Notes under the pieces: model-generated
The model's input: the letters and a program-made list of their open reading frames with translations, nothing else
The model's database searches: none
What the model was told of the DNA's origin: nothing
Position numbers and translations under genes: made by a program
Part shown: positions 42,424 to 50,958 of the stretch, piece after piece
Layout: every line of letters begins with the position of its first letter
Position numbering within the stretch: position 1 is the first letter of the stretch
Assembly: GCA_963843165.1 (NCBI GenBank)
Contig: CAWJJL010000052.1
Location: forward strand, 1,145-65,144
Direction: 5' to 3'
Source of the DNA: an uncultured delta proteobacterium
GTDB lineage: Bacteria; Desulfobacterota; Desulfomonilia; Desulfomonilales; Desulfomonilaceae
DNA length: 64,000 bases

Positions 42424-43194
42424 ATGAAAATCACAAGAAATAAAGTCTTTTCGAATATAGCGATAGCCATGGGCGTGGTAGCCGTATTCTTGATGGGAAC
42501 AAACCCCGTCAGCGCGGACCCCGAGTCCGGCTGGTGGAATGCTCCGGGCGACGACCCCGCAAGAGAGGGGCAATTTTTCCAGCCCCCTGGTTGGGAGGGG
42601 GGATCGAAAACCACTGACAGCCGAACTGGAGCTGTCCATACCTATCAATATAGGACCGATTCCAATACCGGCGATCGTATAGAGGTGGATCGGGATTACA
42701 CCATCAATAAGAACAAGGATATGACCGACTTCAGATCTTTACAAACCACAACTCGCAAGGATAAATCGACTAGCCAAGAAGCCTTCGACGAGAAAGGAAA
42801 CCCTTCCAATGAAGTGGACAAGGATCGCAATGGCCGAGTCACATCTACCAAGACCTACTACAAGGATGGCAGCGGCTACGAGCAACACAATAATTATCCA
42901 GGAACCAATAAAACTTCTTCCGTCACTATGGTTCACAGCGGCGTCACGACGACCACAAATTACGGCACGGACGGTCAGGAAACCTCCTCGTCGTCTTTTG
43001 ACGCCAATACCAACACCAAAGTGAGTAGAGGGTACGTTAACGGAAAAATGACCGACGAGATTATGACACTAAAAGATGGCAGCACTCTACGCCGTGGTTA
43101 TGGGGCCAATGGCAATTTAGGGACGGTTGAGACGGATGACCCAAACACGGGAATAACAACCAACACGATCTATAGAGCCGACGGTTCCACGTGA
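42424..43194 (+). CDS. Secreted Thr/Asn/Asp/Gly-rich repeat protein (first unit of the cassette array)
   Basis: Signal peptide (MKITRNKVFSNIAIAMGVVAVFLMGTNPVSA), then loosely periodic 11-12-aa units (EAFDEKGNPSN, TKTYYKDGSGYE, TTTNYGTDGQETS, IMTLKDGSTLR, NTIYRADGST). Confidence 0.5.
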   Translation: MKITRNKVFSNIAIAMGVVAVFLMGTNPVSADPESGWWNAPGDDPAREGQFFQPPGWEGGSKTTDSRTGAVHTYQYRTDSNTGDRIEVDRDYTINKNKDMTDFRSLQTTTRKDKSTSQEAFDEKGNPSNEVDKDRNGRVTSTKTYYKDGSGYEQHNNYPGTNKTSSVTMVHSGVTTTTNYGTDGQETSSSSFDANTNTKVSRGYVNGKMTDEIMTLKDGSTLRRGYGANGNLGTVETDDPNTGITTNTIYRADGST

Positions 43195-43613
43195 ACATCA
43201 CAACCGCAAAGTCGGTCCGGATGGCAACTCTATCGCCCTCTCCAGGAACGGATACCAAGGATGGCGCAAGCCATACGGTTAACTACGCGCCTCGTTGCCA
43301 CGTGCCGGGGCTCCCCAGAACTCGCAAACTCGCTTTCCCCCGGTCCGGGAAGTGCAGGCGGCTCACAAACCAAAAAGACGTTCGATCCATGATCGAAACG
43401 GCAAGCTCATCGAGTGCGGCGAATACCGGAGTGACAAATAATTACCAGAGACACAACACAACAACATACAATCCGAATACCGGATTCATGACATCAAAGT
43501 CTGAAACTCAGGCGGACGGTGTACATACGATTAATTATACGGGTAATTGCAGTCATTCGGCGGCTCTGACTGTCACAAGACCTCCGAGTTCCCACCGATC
43601 CAAAGACGAATAA
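43191..43613 (+). CDS. Probable continuation of the preceding repeat protein in shifted frames (ends ...INYTGNCSHSAALTV...)
   Basis: The composition and the NY(T/S)G(N/S)CS motif recur at 47.49 kb in the third unit. The reading frame changes at 43194 and probably again inside. Confidence 0.3.
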   Translation: MNITTAKSVRMATLSPSPGTDTKDGASHTVNYAPRCHVPGLPRTRKLAFPRSGKCRRLTNQKDVRSMIETASSSSAANTGVTNNYQRHNTTTYNPNTGFMTSKSETQADGVHTINYTGNCSHSAALTVTRPPSSHRSKDE

Positions 43614-44016
43614 AATAACCGCAGCCAAGTCCTGTGACAACCAGGGCAACTGCAGAGAATGTCGACCCGAAGAATATTCAAGTTTGGGCGGGCGGGCCCA
43701 GTATTTCCGGTATCCCGACTAGCACAGAATCCAAGCGACCACGAGCTTGGAGACAAGCCACAGGGCCTCACGGAAAATGCCAGAGAAGAATGTCAAATCC
43801 GACGTCCTGAAACAGGTCGGGGACAAGTCAAGCGGACACGCCGCAGACGGCAGAAACAAGGTGAAGGAAGGTATTCGCCACAGGTGAGATTACGCCCGGG
43901 AGCAAGATTCCGTCTGCCGTGCCGCCAACCAATACCCCGTCCCACAGCCCGGCGCCTCCAAGGTAACTCGTGATGCCGACAGCATAGCCAAAGATCGCCA
44001 GGAACAAATTAAACGA

Positions 44017-44370
44017 TTGGGGCTGGACAAGGTCAAGAATGGCCAGGCAGTGCAGAAGCCGGAGGGTCTCACTGGGGCCAAGGGGCAGGCGAACGCTGAG
44101 CTTCTGAAACAAATCGGGGACAAGTCGAGCGGACACGCGGCAGACGCCAAAGAGAAGATGAAGGAAGGTTTTACCAAAGGCGAGTTTAGTCCCGGCAGCA
44201 AGATCAAGGAAAAGGTCATTCCCTTGAGCCAATCCTCCAGTCGGGCTTTAAGGGGCAAACAAGCATCAGCCTCAAATGCATTCAATGGATCAGGTGAAGA
44301 CCAAATCAAAGCCTCAAAATTGGAGTTCCTCAGCAGGAACCCAGGGAGCAGTCAAACATCATCCAAATGA
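44017..44370 (+). CDS. Lys-rich tail ORF of cassette unit 1 (ends ...KASKLEFLSRNPGSSQTSSK)
   Basis: Contains AELLKQIGDKSSGHAADAKEKMKEGF, duplicated at 43.80 kb. Its C-terminal peptide and stop position are conserved in front of all three ankyrin genes. Confidence 0.4.
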   Translation: MGLDKVKNGQAVQKPEGLTGAKGQANAELLKQIGDKSSGHAADAKEKMKEGFTKGEFSPGSKIKEKVIPLSQSSSRALRGKQASASNAFNGSGEDQIKASKLEFLSRNPGSSQTSSK

Positions 44371-44846
44371 GAAGCCCCGATCTAATTGATAGGAGAAGGA
44401 CAATGAATAAGATCATGACATTCCTGGCTGTGGCGCTTTTGGCGATTCCTACATACTCGTTTGCGGCTGAAAGCCAAAACCTGGAGTCGATACTTCTGGA
44501 AGCGGCATCGGCAGGAAATACGGATATGGTCAAATCGTTTCTTGATAATGGCGCAAATATTGAAATCGAGAACGATGTTGGAGCAACGCCTTTAATTTTT
44601 GCCTCAGCCAAGGGTCAAAAGGAGGTTGTCGCCTTACTCCTCGAGCGAGAGGAGCGAACGTCAACGCCAAAACAAGCAGCGGGATAACTCCTCTTATGGC
44701 TGCGGCATCCGGAGGTTATGCGGAGATAGTTAAGCTGCTGCTGGCCAAGGGAGCGGATGTTTCCGCCAAGGACCAGCAGGGCCGCACTGCTTTTAGTATG
44801 GCGGAAGCCGCAGGCGAATCGCAGGTGGCTGATTTACTCAGGTCGG
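44303..44846 (+). repeat. Cassette repeat copy 1 (junction plus ankyrin 5' part)
   Basis: Aligns base for base with 46180-46720. In the first ~240 nt of the ankyrin ORF I count about 29 differences by hand. Confidence 0.8.
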
Positions 44847-45034
44847 AACAGCTCCTAAGGAACAGACACGCGTCGCATCACAGAGCCGAAGCTATGCCCC
44901 GCCGGTCCTTCCGATTCACGGTCTCGCAGAGGGCGAACCGAGCAGCCCAACGCCTGATTTACGCAAGGGCAGTGACGGATCTGCCGCGGGTCAACCTGGC
45001 GGACTCCTGGACAATCCTTTTATCGGCCAGATGA
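44403..45034 (+). pseudogene. Secreted ankyrin-repeat protein, copy 1; frame broken near 44650 and again after ~44845
   Basis: Signal peptide MNKIMTFLAVALLAIPTYSFA and ANK repeats (GNTDMVKSFLDNGANIE, GATPLIFASAKGQKEVVALLLE; then ITPLMAAASGGYAEIVKLLLAKGADV in ORF 44696..). An extra GA relative to copy 2 is present at about 44650. Confidence 0.7.
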
Positions 45035-45095
45035 TGAGTCGAATATTTGGCTGTTCAGGCCTCGCCTCAGGGCAGTCCTGACATGCAGATGAACG

Positions 45096-46041
45096 TTGCG
45101 AAACTTCACCTCCGGCCAAGCCGCTCAAAATCAGTTTCCCGCCCCGGGCGCCAATGCTCAGGGCAACGCCCCGGCAGGTAACGCTCAACCGGCCCCAGCT
45201 GCACAGGCAACGACTACCGTGACAAAAAACCCTGACAATTCGACGACTACCGTGACGAAAAACCGTGACAATACGTCGACTGCAGTGACCAAGGACGAAA
45301 ACGGCAAGAAAGTATCGAGTGCGACTTTGAATGACAAGGGGATAAAAACAAGTGAAACACACTTCAAAAACGGCAAGAAAACATTGACTGCGACTTTTGA
45401 TGACAAGGGACAGAAAAAAAGTACGACATCATTTGACGAAAACGGCAAAAAGAGCGACTTGGACTTTTGATGACAAGGGGAAAGTGACAAGTCAAACGGA
45501 CTTCGAGGAGGGCAAGAAAGTATCGACTGAGACTTGGGATGCGGGAAAGAAAGCAAGTTTCACAAGCTTTAACAAGGACGGCAAAAAAGCACAATCTGAT
45601 ACTTATGATGATAAGGGCCATGTAACAAGTTCCACAGACTTTGGCCCGGACGGCAAGAAAACATCATCTGCGATTTATGATGATAAGGGCCATATAACAA
45701 GTATCACACGTTTTGGCCCTGATGGCCGGTTGCCGAAATCTGTTGATACCGTTGATGTTAACACGAACGCAATAACAAAAACCGTGCAATGCGACACGCC
45801 GGGCAAGTGCCGTATCCAGACGACGCTGCATAACCTCGCAGGAAATAACCATGATGGCGTTAGTGCAAACAAGTTGCAGGGCTTTGCCGGTCAGAAGGTC
45901 CAAACCGGGCCCAAGGAGCAGGTCAAGGCCGACATCCTGAATCAGATACAGGAAACAAATCCGGCTCCAATATCAAGACAGGAGCACTGGATGCCAAGAA
46001 GCACTCCGACGACAAATTTCAGAGCGGCGTCAACAGTCTGA
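45096..46041 (+). CDS. Repeat protein of cassette unit 2: about 15 tandem 11-12-aa units (consensus S/T-x-T-F/Y/W-D-D/E-K/N-G-K-K-x-S), frame broken at an A5 run near 45455
   Basis: The units read TATFDDKGQKKS, TTSFDENGKKS, TWTFDDKGKVTS, QTDFEEGKKVS, SDTYDDKGHVTS, STDFGPDGKKTS, SAIYDDKGHITS, ITRFGPDGRL. The pattern resembles half-units of YD/Rhs or MORN-like beta-hairpin repeats. Confidence 0.5.
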
Positions 46042-46179
46042 AACAGGATTTCAACAAACAGGCGATTACACGGTAACACTTTCAAAGAGAAAGTCATTCC
46101 ACAAACCCAGTCTTCCAATCAGTTTTCGGAAGGGATGAAGCATAAAACTCATAATATGCAGGCGGAAAAATATAAGGCA

Positions 46180-46720
46180 AAATCAAAGTCTCAAAATTGG
46201 AGTTCCTCAGCAGGATCCCAGGGAGCAGCCAAACATCATCTGAATGAGAAGCCCCGATCGAATTGATAGGAGAAGACCATGAATAAGATCATCACATTCC
46301 TGGCTGTAGCGCTTTTAGCGATTCCTACATACTTGTTTGCGGCTGAAAGCCAAAACCTGGAGTCAATACTTTTGGAAGCGGCATCGGCGGGAAATACGGA
46401 TATGGTGCGGTCGTTTCTTGAGAACGGCGCAAACATTGAAATCAAGAACGACGTTGGAGCGACTCCCCTCATATTCGCTTCCGCCAAAGGGCAAAAAGAG
46501 GTTGTCGCCTTACTCCTGGACAAAGGAGCGAATGTCAACGCTAAAACAAGCACTGGCATAACCCCTCTAATGGCTGCGGCGGCCGGAGGATATCCGGAGA
46601 TAGTTAAGCTCCTGCTTGCGAAGGGAGCGGATGTTTCCGCCAAGGACCAGCAGGGCCGCACTGCTTTTAGTATGGCGGAAGCCGCAGGCGAATCGCAGGT
46701 AACTGATTTACTCAAGTCGG
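46180..46720 (+). repeat. Cassette repeat copy 2
   Basis: See copy 1. The spacing from copy 1 to copy 2 is 1877 bp. Confidence 0.8.
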
Positions 46721-47073
46721 CCCAAAAAAGTTCGGCTCCGGAACAACCGCGCGTGGCATCACAAAGTAGAAGCTATACCCCGCAAAGGTCCGCCGGGCCT
46801 TCCGATTCCAGTCCCGCTGATAGCGGACCAAGCAGCCCAACGCCTGACTTTAGCCAGGGAAGTGACGGATCCGCAGCCGGCCAACCTGGTGGGCTCCTGA
46901 ACAATCCTATAGTTGGGCAGATACTGAATCAGGTACTGGGTGGTCAGCAATCGGGTCCCGGAAACGTACGGCCCAGCGCCATCCTCCAGAACCGCTCAAT
47001 CCTGCACGCTCCGAACCAGCCTCCCGCCCAGGCGGGGAACGGTCCGCGACCAGGGCCCTGCTCCAGCAGGTAA
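46279..47073 (+). CDS. Secreted ankyrin-repeat protein, copy 2 (intact; 3 ANK repeats plus Pro/Ser/Gly/Gln-rich tail)
   Basis: 264-aa uninterrupted ORF with RBS GGAGAAG, signal peptide MNKIITFLAVALLAIPTYLFA, and ANK consensus blocks (TPLIFASAKGQKEVVALLLDKGANVNAK, TPLMAAAAGGYPEIVKLLLAKGADVSAKD). Confidence 0.8.
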   Translation: MNKIITFLAVALLAIPTYLFAAESQNLESILLEAASAGNTDMVRSFLENGANIEIKNDVGATPLIFASAKGQKEVVALLLDKGANVNAKTSTGITPLMAAAAGGYPEIVKLLLAKGADVSAKDQQGRTAFSMAEAAGESQVTDLLKSAQKSSAPEQPRVASQSRSYTPQRSAGPSDSSPADSGPSSPTPDFSQGSDGSAAGQPGGLLNNPIVGQILNQVLGGQQSGPGNVRPSAILQNRSILHAPNQPPAQAGNGPRPGPCSSR

Positions 47074-48235
47074 TGGCCAGAACAAGGGGGACCGCCAAGG
47101 TGGCTAACCATCCTAACCTCGTGACCACCCCTTTGACCGCGGCAGGGCGGATTTGAAGGGGACGAAAACATTTAATCGGACCACGCAAGACCCTTAGATC
47201 TGCGCGACAGCAAAGGATCCCAATACAGGATCTGTTACGAAAATGGACACAATTACGGATCAGAACGGCAAAGTTACGCAATGCAAAGACCACGCTCATA
47301 AACCCTATTCCGGAGGGAGGGCAACGGATTGAACAAAAAGCCTACTTTTGCAAATGGCAAGACTAGGCGGAGTGACACTGTCGTGAGCGCGAAGGGACAG
47401 CTCCCACCACAGTAATTTAGGAAAACAATAACATTACCTCCATCAGGCACGTGTATCCGAGCGGCGATACCGATACTGCCAATTATAGCGGCAGTTGCTC
47501 AAAGGTAAGTGATCCTGCGGTCCCTTACGGCTGGTGTAGTGGATACCGATCGCAAGACGAATAAGATGACCACAACTAACTATGACAATGACGGCAAAGC
47601 TATCGGCCCGCCGCAAGGTTCTACATCCCCGCGAACATGAAAACACAAGCGGCAACGCTCAAGGCAAAGCAAAACCAGAAAAACCTCGCCGGAGCGAAAC
47701 AGCAAAACTGGTGGGGAAGAATATGCAGGGAAACGGACTGGCAAACAAGCTCCACGGCCAACAGCAAAACCTGGCAGGAAACACAGCAGGGTCTTACTAG
47801 CAACAAACAGCAGATACAGGCAGATGTCCTGAATCAGATACGGAACAAAGCGGGCTCCAAAGTCAAGACGGGGCATGGAGGCAGAAGACGGGAAGCAGTG
47901 CAATTAACCCGAGTCACGGCGTCCAGCGCCGACGCGGCAAATTTACCGGAGAGCAAGCAGCACATAACACAAGTTTCAGTACGGCGAGAACAAGAATCTG
48001 AAATGCGTTTTAAAAAGACGAGATTACCCACGGGAAAGTTTCAAAGAAGAGAGTGATTCCGAAAACCCAATCTTCCAATCAATTTCGAAGGGAATAAGTA
48101 TAAAACTCATAACATGAGGCGGAAAAATTCAAAGCAAAATCAAAGTCTCAAAATTGGAATTCCTCAGCAGGATCGCAAGGAACAGTCAAACACGATCTCC
48201 ATAAGAAGCCCCGATAGAATTGATAGGAGAAGAAC
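47074..48235 (+). other. Cassette unit 3 repeat/Lys-rich region, coding-like in several frames (degenerate as sequenced)
   Basis: Fragments homologous to units 1 and 2 lie in different frames: DPNTGSVTKMDTITDQNGKV, TANYSGSCSK, TNYDNDGKAIG, ADVLNQIRNKAGSKVKTG, and the conserved tail SKLEFLSRIARNSQT. Confidence 0.35.
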
Positions 48236-48660
48236 ATGAAAAAATTGTAACATTCCTCACGATAGCGCTTTTCACGATTCCAACATATCTGTTTGCGGCT
48301 CAAAGCCAAAACCTGGAATCGGTGCTCTTGGAAGCGGCATCTAACGGACAAACTGATATGGTAAAGGCATTTCTTGACAAAGGCGCAAATATTGAAGTCA
48401 AGAACGATGCTGGAGCGACGCCATTAATTTTTGCCTCGGTGAAGGGCCATCCGGACGTGGTCAAATTGCTCCTGGAGCGGGGCGCCAACGTTAACGCCAG
48501 GACAAATACCGGGAATCACGCCGCTTATAGCCGGGGCATCCGCCGGTAATGAGGCAATTGTACAACTTCTGCTGGAAAAGGGCGCGGATTTGTCCGCCAA
48601 GGACCAGCAGGGCCGCACAGCGCTGGATATAGCTGAAGCCACAGGAGATACGCAGGTGTT
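48137..48660 (+). repeat. Cassette repeat copy 3 (more diverged)
   Basis: Same junction sequence AAATCAAAGTCTCAAAATTGGA.TTCCTCAGCAGGA and the same ankyrin 5' part. The spacing from copy 2 to copy 3 is 1957 bp. Confidence 0.7.
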
Positions 48661-49545
48661 GCTCTCCTCAAATTACGCGAAGGAACTTCCGGCATGGCTT
48701 CGGCCCCGAATGCGCCTCCCGGTCAGATGCTCAACTTGGAGCATGGGTTAAGCCCATGCCCCAATCCGGGAAAGTTAACGATACGTCTTCGGCGCAGGTT
48801 CCAATCGCTCAACCGCCTGTAGCTCAGCCTACGGTAAATCAAGCTCCAGTGGCTCAACCTGGGCGACGCAAGCTCCGATGGCCCAGGTGCACACCGAAAG
48901 CATTCGTGAAGCGGATAATCCTTCGGGTCTGACGGTTCGTTCCGAACCTTCGCCGCAGGGACGAGTCATGGCATATCTGCCGGTTGGCTCAAGGTGAGTT
49001 ACTCAGGAGAGCCAAACAACGGCTGGGTCAAATTATCCGGACCCATTGCGGAAGGCTGGATCGCCGCGAGATATGTGGGATCGGGCGACGGCGAGGCGTC
49101 GGTCATCAAGATCGATAGCCCCGATCAGTGTCTGCGAGTAAGAAAAGGCCCCGGCGGCAATTATGACAAGATCGGGTGTCTGCCGATGGGCGCAAAGGTA
49201 AAAGTCGCGGGTCCGGCGCAAAACAGCTGGGCTAAAATAGTCTCGCCGATGGAAGGTTGGGTGAGCGCCGGACAAATTCAGGGGCCTGGCGTCTTTCCTG
49301 CGAAACCGGCTACTTCGGGTGTGCAAAAGGCTCGGCCGGCGACGTCACAGAGCGCAGGTTACAGAAGAGAGCGATCTGACAGCGACTCCGACTTCGACAG
49401 GACCAGTAGACAGATTGATAGAGAAATGAGCGACATGAGAGCCCAAACTCAAAGCAGCCCGATTGGTCCGCAGGTCTTACCGGGTAGTGGCGGGTTTGGG
49501 ATCGGACCTTTCGGGATCGGCCCAGGAGGCATAGGTTTCAGATAA
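48236..49545 (+). pseudogene. Ankyrin copy 3 fused to a Pro/Gln-rich linker and two bacterial SH3 domains; several frame breaks as sequenced
   Basis: ATG 48236 is followed by an A6 run that shifts the frame. The ANK blocks are GQTDMVKAFLDKGANIE, TPLIFASVKGHPDVVKLLLERGANVNA and ITPLIAGASAGNEAIVQLLLEKGADLSAKD. The SH3b units are LTVRSEPSPQGRVMAYLPVGS...GWVKLSGPIAEGWIAARYV and CLRVRKGPGGNYDKIGCLPMGAKVKV...WAKIVSPMEGWVSAGQI. Confidence 0.6.
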
Positions 49546-49855
49546 TGCTTCAGGACCCGAATCGAGATGAGTCATGAAATCATAATCAAGAAGGTGTTTC
49601 AAAATCTGCAGTTAGTAATTGGCATGGCGTCTCTGTCCAGTTACCCCTATTTTTGATTTTGAATTCGTTAAACTTGTTGTGTTGTACCAGGTTTCGAAGA
49701 GTTCTCTCTCGCGTCGCGGGGATTGCAATCCTTGTAAATAGAGCTAACACATCAATTATAGTGCTTCTCAAAAGTTCTGTCGAAATAGAATTGCACTGCT
49801 GTACAAGCCAACGGTTGCAGCCGGAATGATATAGATCATGGAGTAGTATGTATGA

Positions 49856-49986
49856 GCGACTGGCACTGCCGCCCCTGTTCTGGTAGGCACCGGCGTCCCT
49901 GCCGGTGCGAAACATAATCGACCGGCACGGAGGCCGGTCACTACCGGAAACTTTGTCCATGCCGATCCATGCAAGATGCCCGTCGC
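49856..49986. other. GC-rich nested-helix element (candidate structured RNA or paired palindromic operator sites)
   Basis: The closing helix is GCGACtGGCA/TGCCcGTCGC and an inner helix is CTGGTAG/CTACCGG. These enclose two hairpins, GCACCGGC-6-GCCGGTGC and GACCGGC-6-GCCGGTC. Confidence 0.25.
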
Positions 49987-50141
49987 CACCATATCCTCTT
50001 TTTTTCGCGATTATTTTTGAAAATCCCTATTGTCAGGGATAACTCCGATTTTCAGTTGCTCTTACGCACCGCAGGACCCCTGGCCGACTCGCATGGGGAG
50101 GTAATTTCTTATTAAATTGAAGATGTATAAAAATTAAGGTA

Positions 50142-50170
50142 TTGACAATTTAAACATTTATTTTTTAATT
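50142..50170 (+). promoter_or_regulatory. Candidate sigma70-type promoter of the MarR gene
   Basis: TTGACA-17 nt-TTAATT in a very AT-rich stretch just upstream of the RBS AAAGGAA and ATG 50184. Confidence 0.3.
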
Positions 50171-50183
50171 ACTAAAGGAAATC

Positions 50184-50660
50184 ATGTTAAGAAATCAAAA
50201 CGACAACATTGTATCTGATACGGCTTACAAGAGCGACATGAGCGTCGACGAGAGAGTCATGATGGCAATCGTGCGCGTTGCCGAGCGCTTCAAGAAAAAC
50301 TCTTCTGCCATATTCAAGAAATGGGGCCTTACGTTCTCTCAATATAATGTGCTCAGGGTCCTGGATGCCTCCGAAAACGGCCAGAATACAATGAAGAACG
50401 TGAACAGAATCATGTTGGTTTCCAGCGCCAACATGACAGGTATTGCCAAACGACTGGAAAAAAACGGGTTTATCATCAGGACTAGCGATCCTTACGATGA
50501 TCGTGCCAAAAGACTGCAGATCACACCTGAAGGGACGAAGGTGCTAAAGGCTATCTCAGATCATAAAGAGCGAAATTTGAGAAAGTACTTGATGAAACTC
50601 TCCGACGAACAAAAGGCGGCTGTCCTGGAAACCCTGCAAAAGATCCTTATGAAGACTTAA
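50184..50660 (+). CDS. MarR-family transcriptional regulator
   Basis: 158 aa with a winged-helix core (LTFSQYNVLRVL...MKNVNRIMLVSSANMTGIAKRLEKNGFI.R...DDRAKRLQIT.EG). Confidence 0.85.
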   Translation: MLRNQNDNIVSDTAYKSDMSVDERVMMAIVRVAERFKKNSSAIFKKWGLTFSQYNVLRVLDASENGQNTMKNVNRIMLVSSANMTGIAKRLEKNGFIIRTSDPYDDRAKRLQITPEGTKVLKAISDHKERNLRKYLMKLSDEQKAAVLETLQKILMKT

Positions 50661-50958
50661 GAAAAGCTAGTATGTAATTTGATAGGCGCATTGAAGTGCA
50701 ATAATTCCATATAATTATTAGATTCCCGCCTGCCAGTCAATAGTCGGCAAAACACAATCACCATCAACGATACAGAGAAAGATCATCCCTGCGGGATTGG
50801 TGAACCATAAGGTTAAAGTTAGCGCCAATGGGGGTACGGGGGGATTTGAGCAGCAACGCTGCGTTCTGCGCGGGACGGTCCCACTAGCAATCTCCCAGAG
50901 CTTGAACGATTTCGCGGTCCGACGGCCTCACAAGGACAAATCTATGCTTGCCCGCTTG

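Noticed and set aside
42424-49545. A CRISPR array or other short-repeat locus as the explanation for the repetitiveness
   Set aside because: The repeat period is about 1.9 kb and coding. There are no 25-40-bp direct repeats with unique spacers, and no cas genes are in the window.
49586-49992. Minus-strand ORFs of 124 and 74 aa in the spacer before the MarR gene, considered as hypothetical proteins
   Set aside because: They have no RBS or motif, and their composition is driven by the GC-rich palindromes. They are left unannotated, but a real small gene cannot be excluded.
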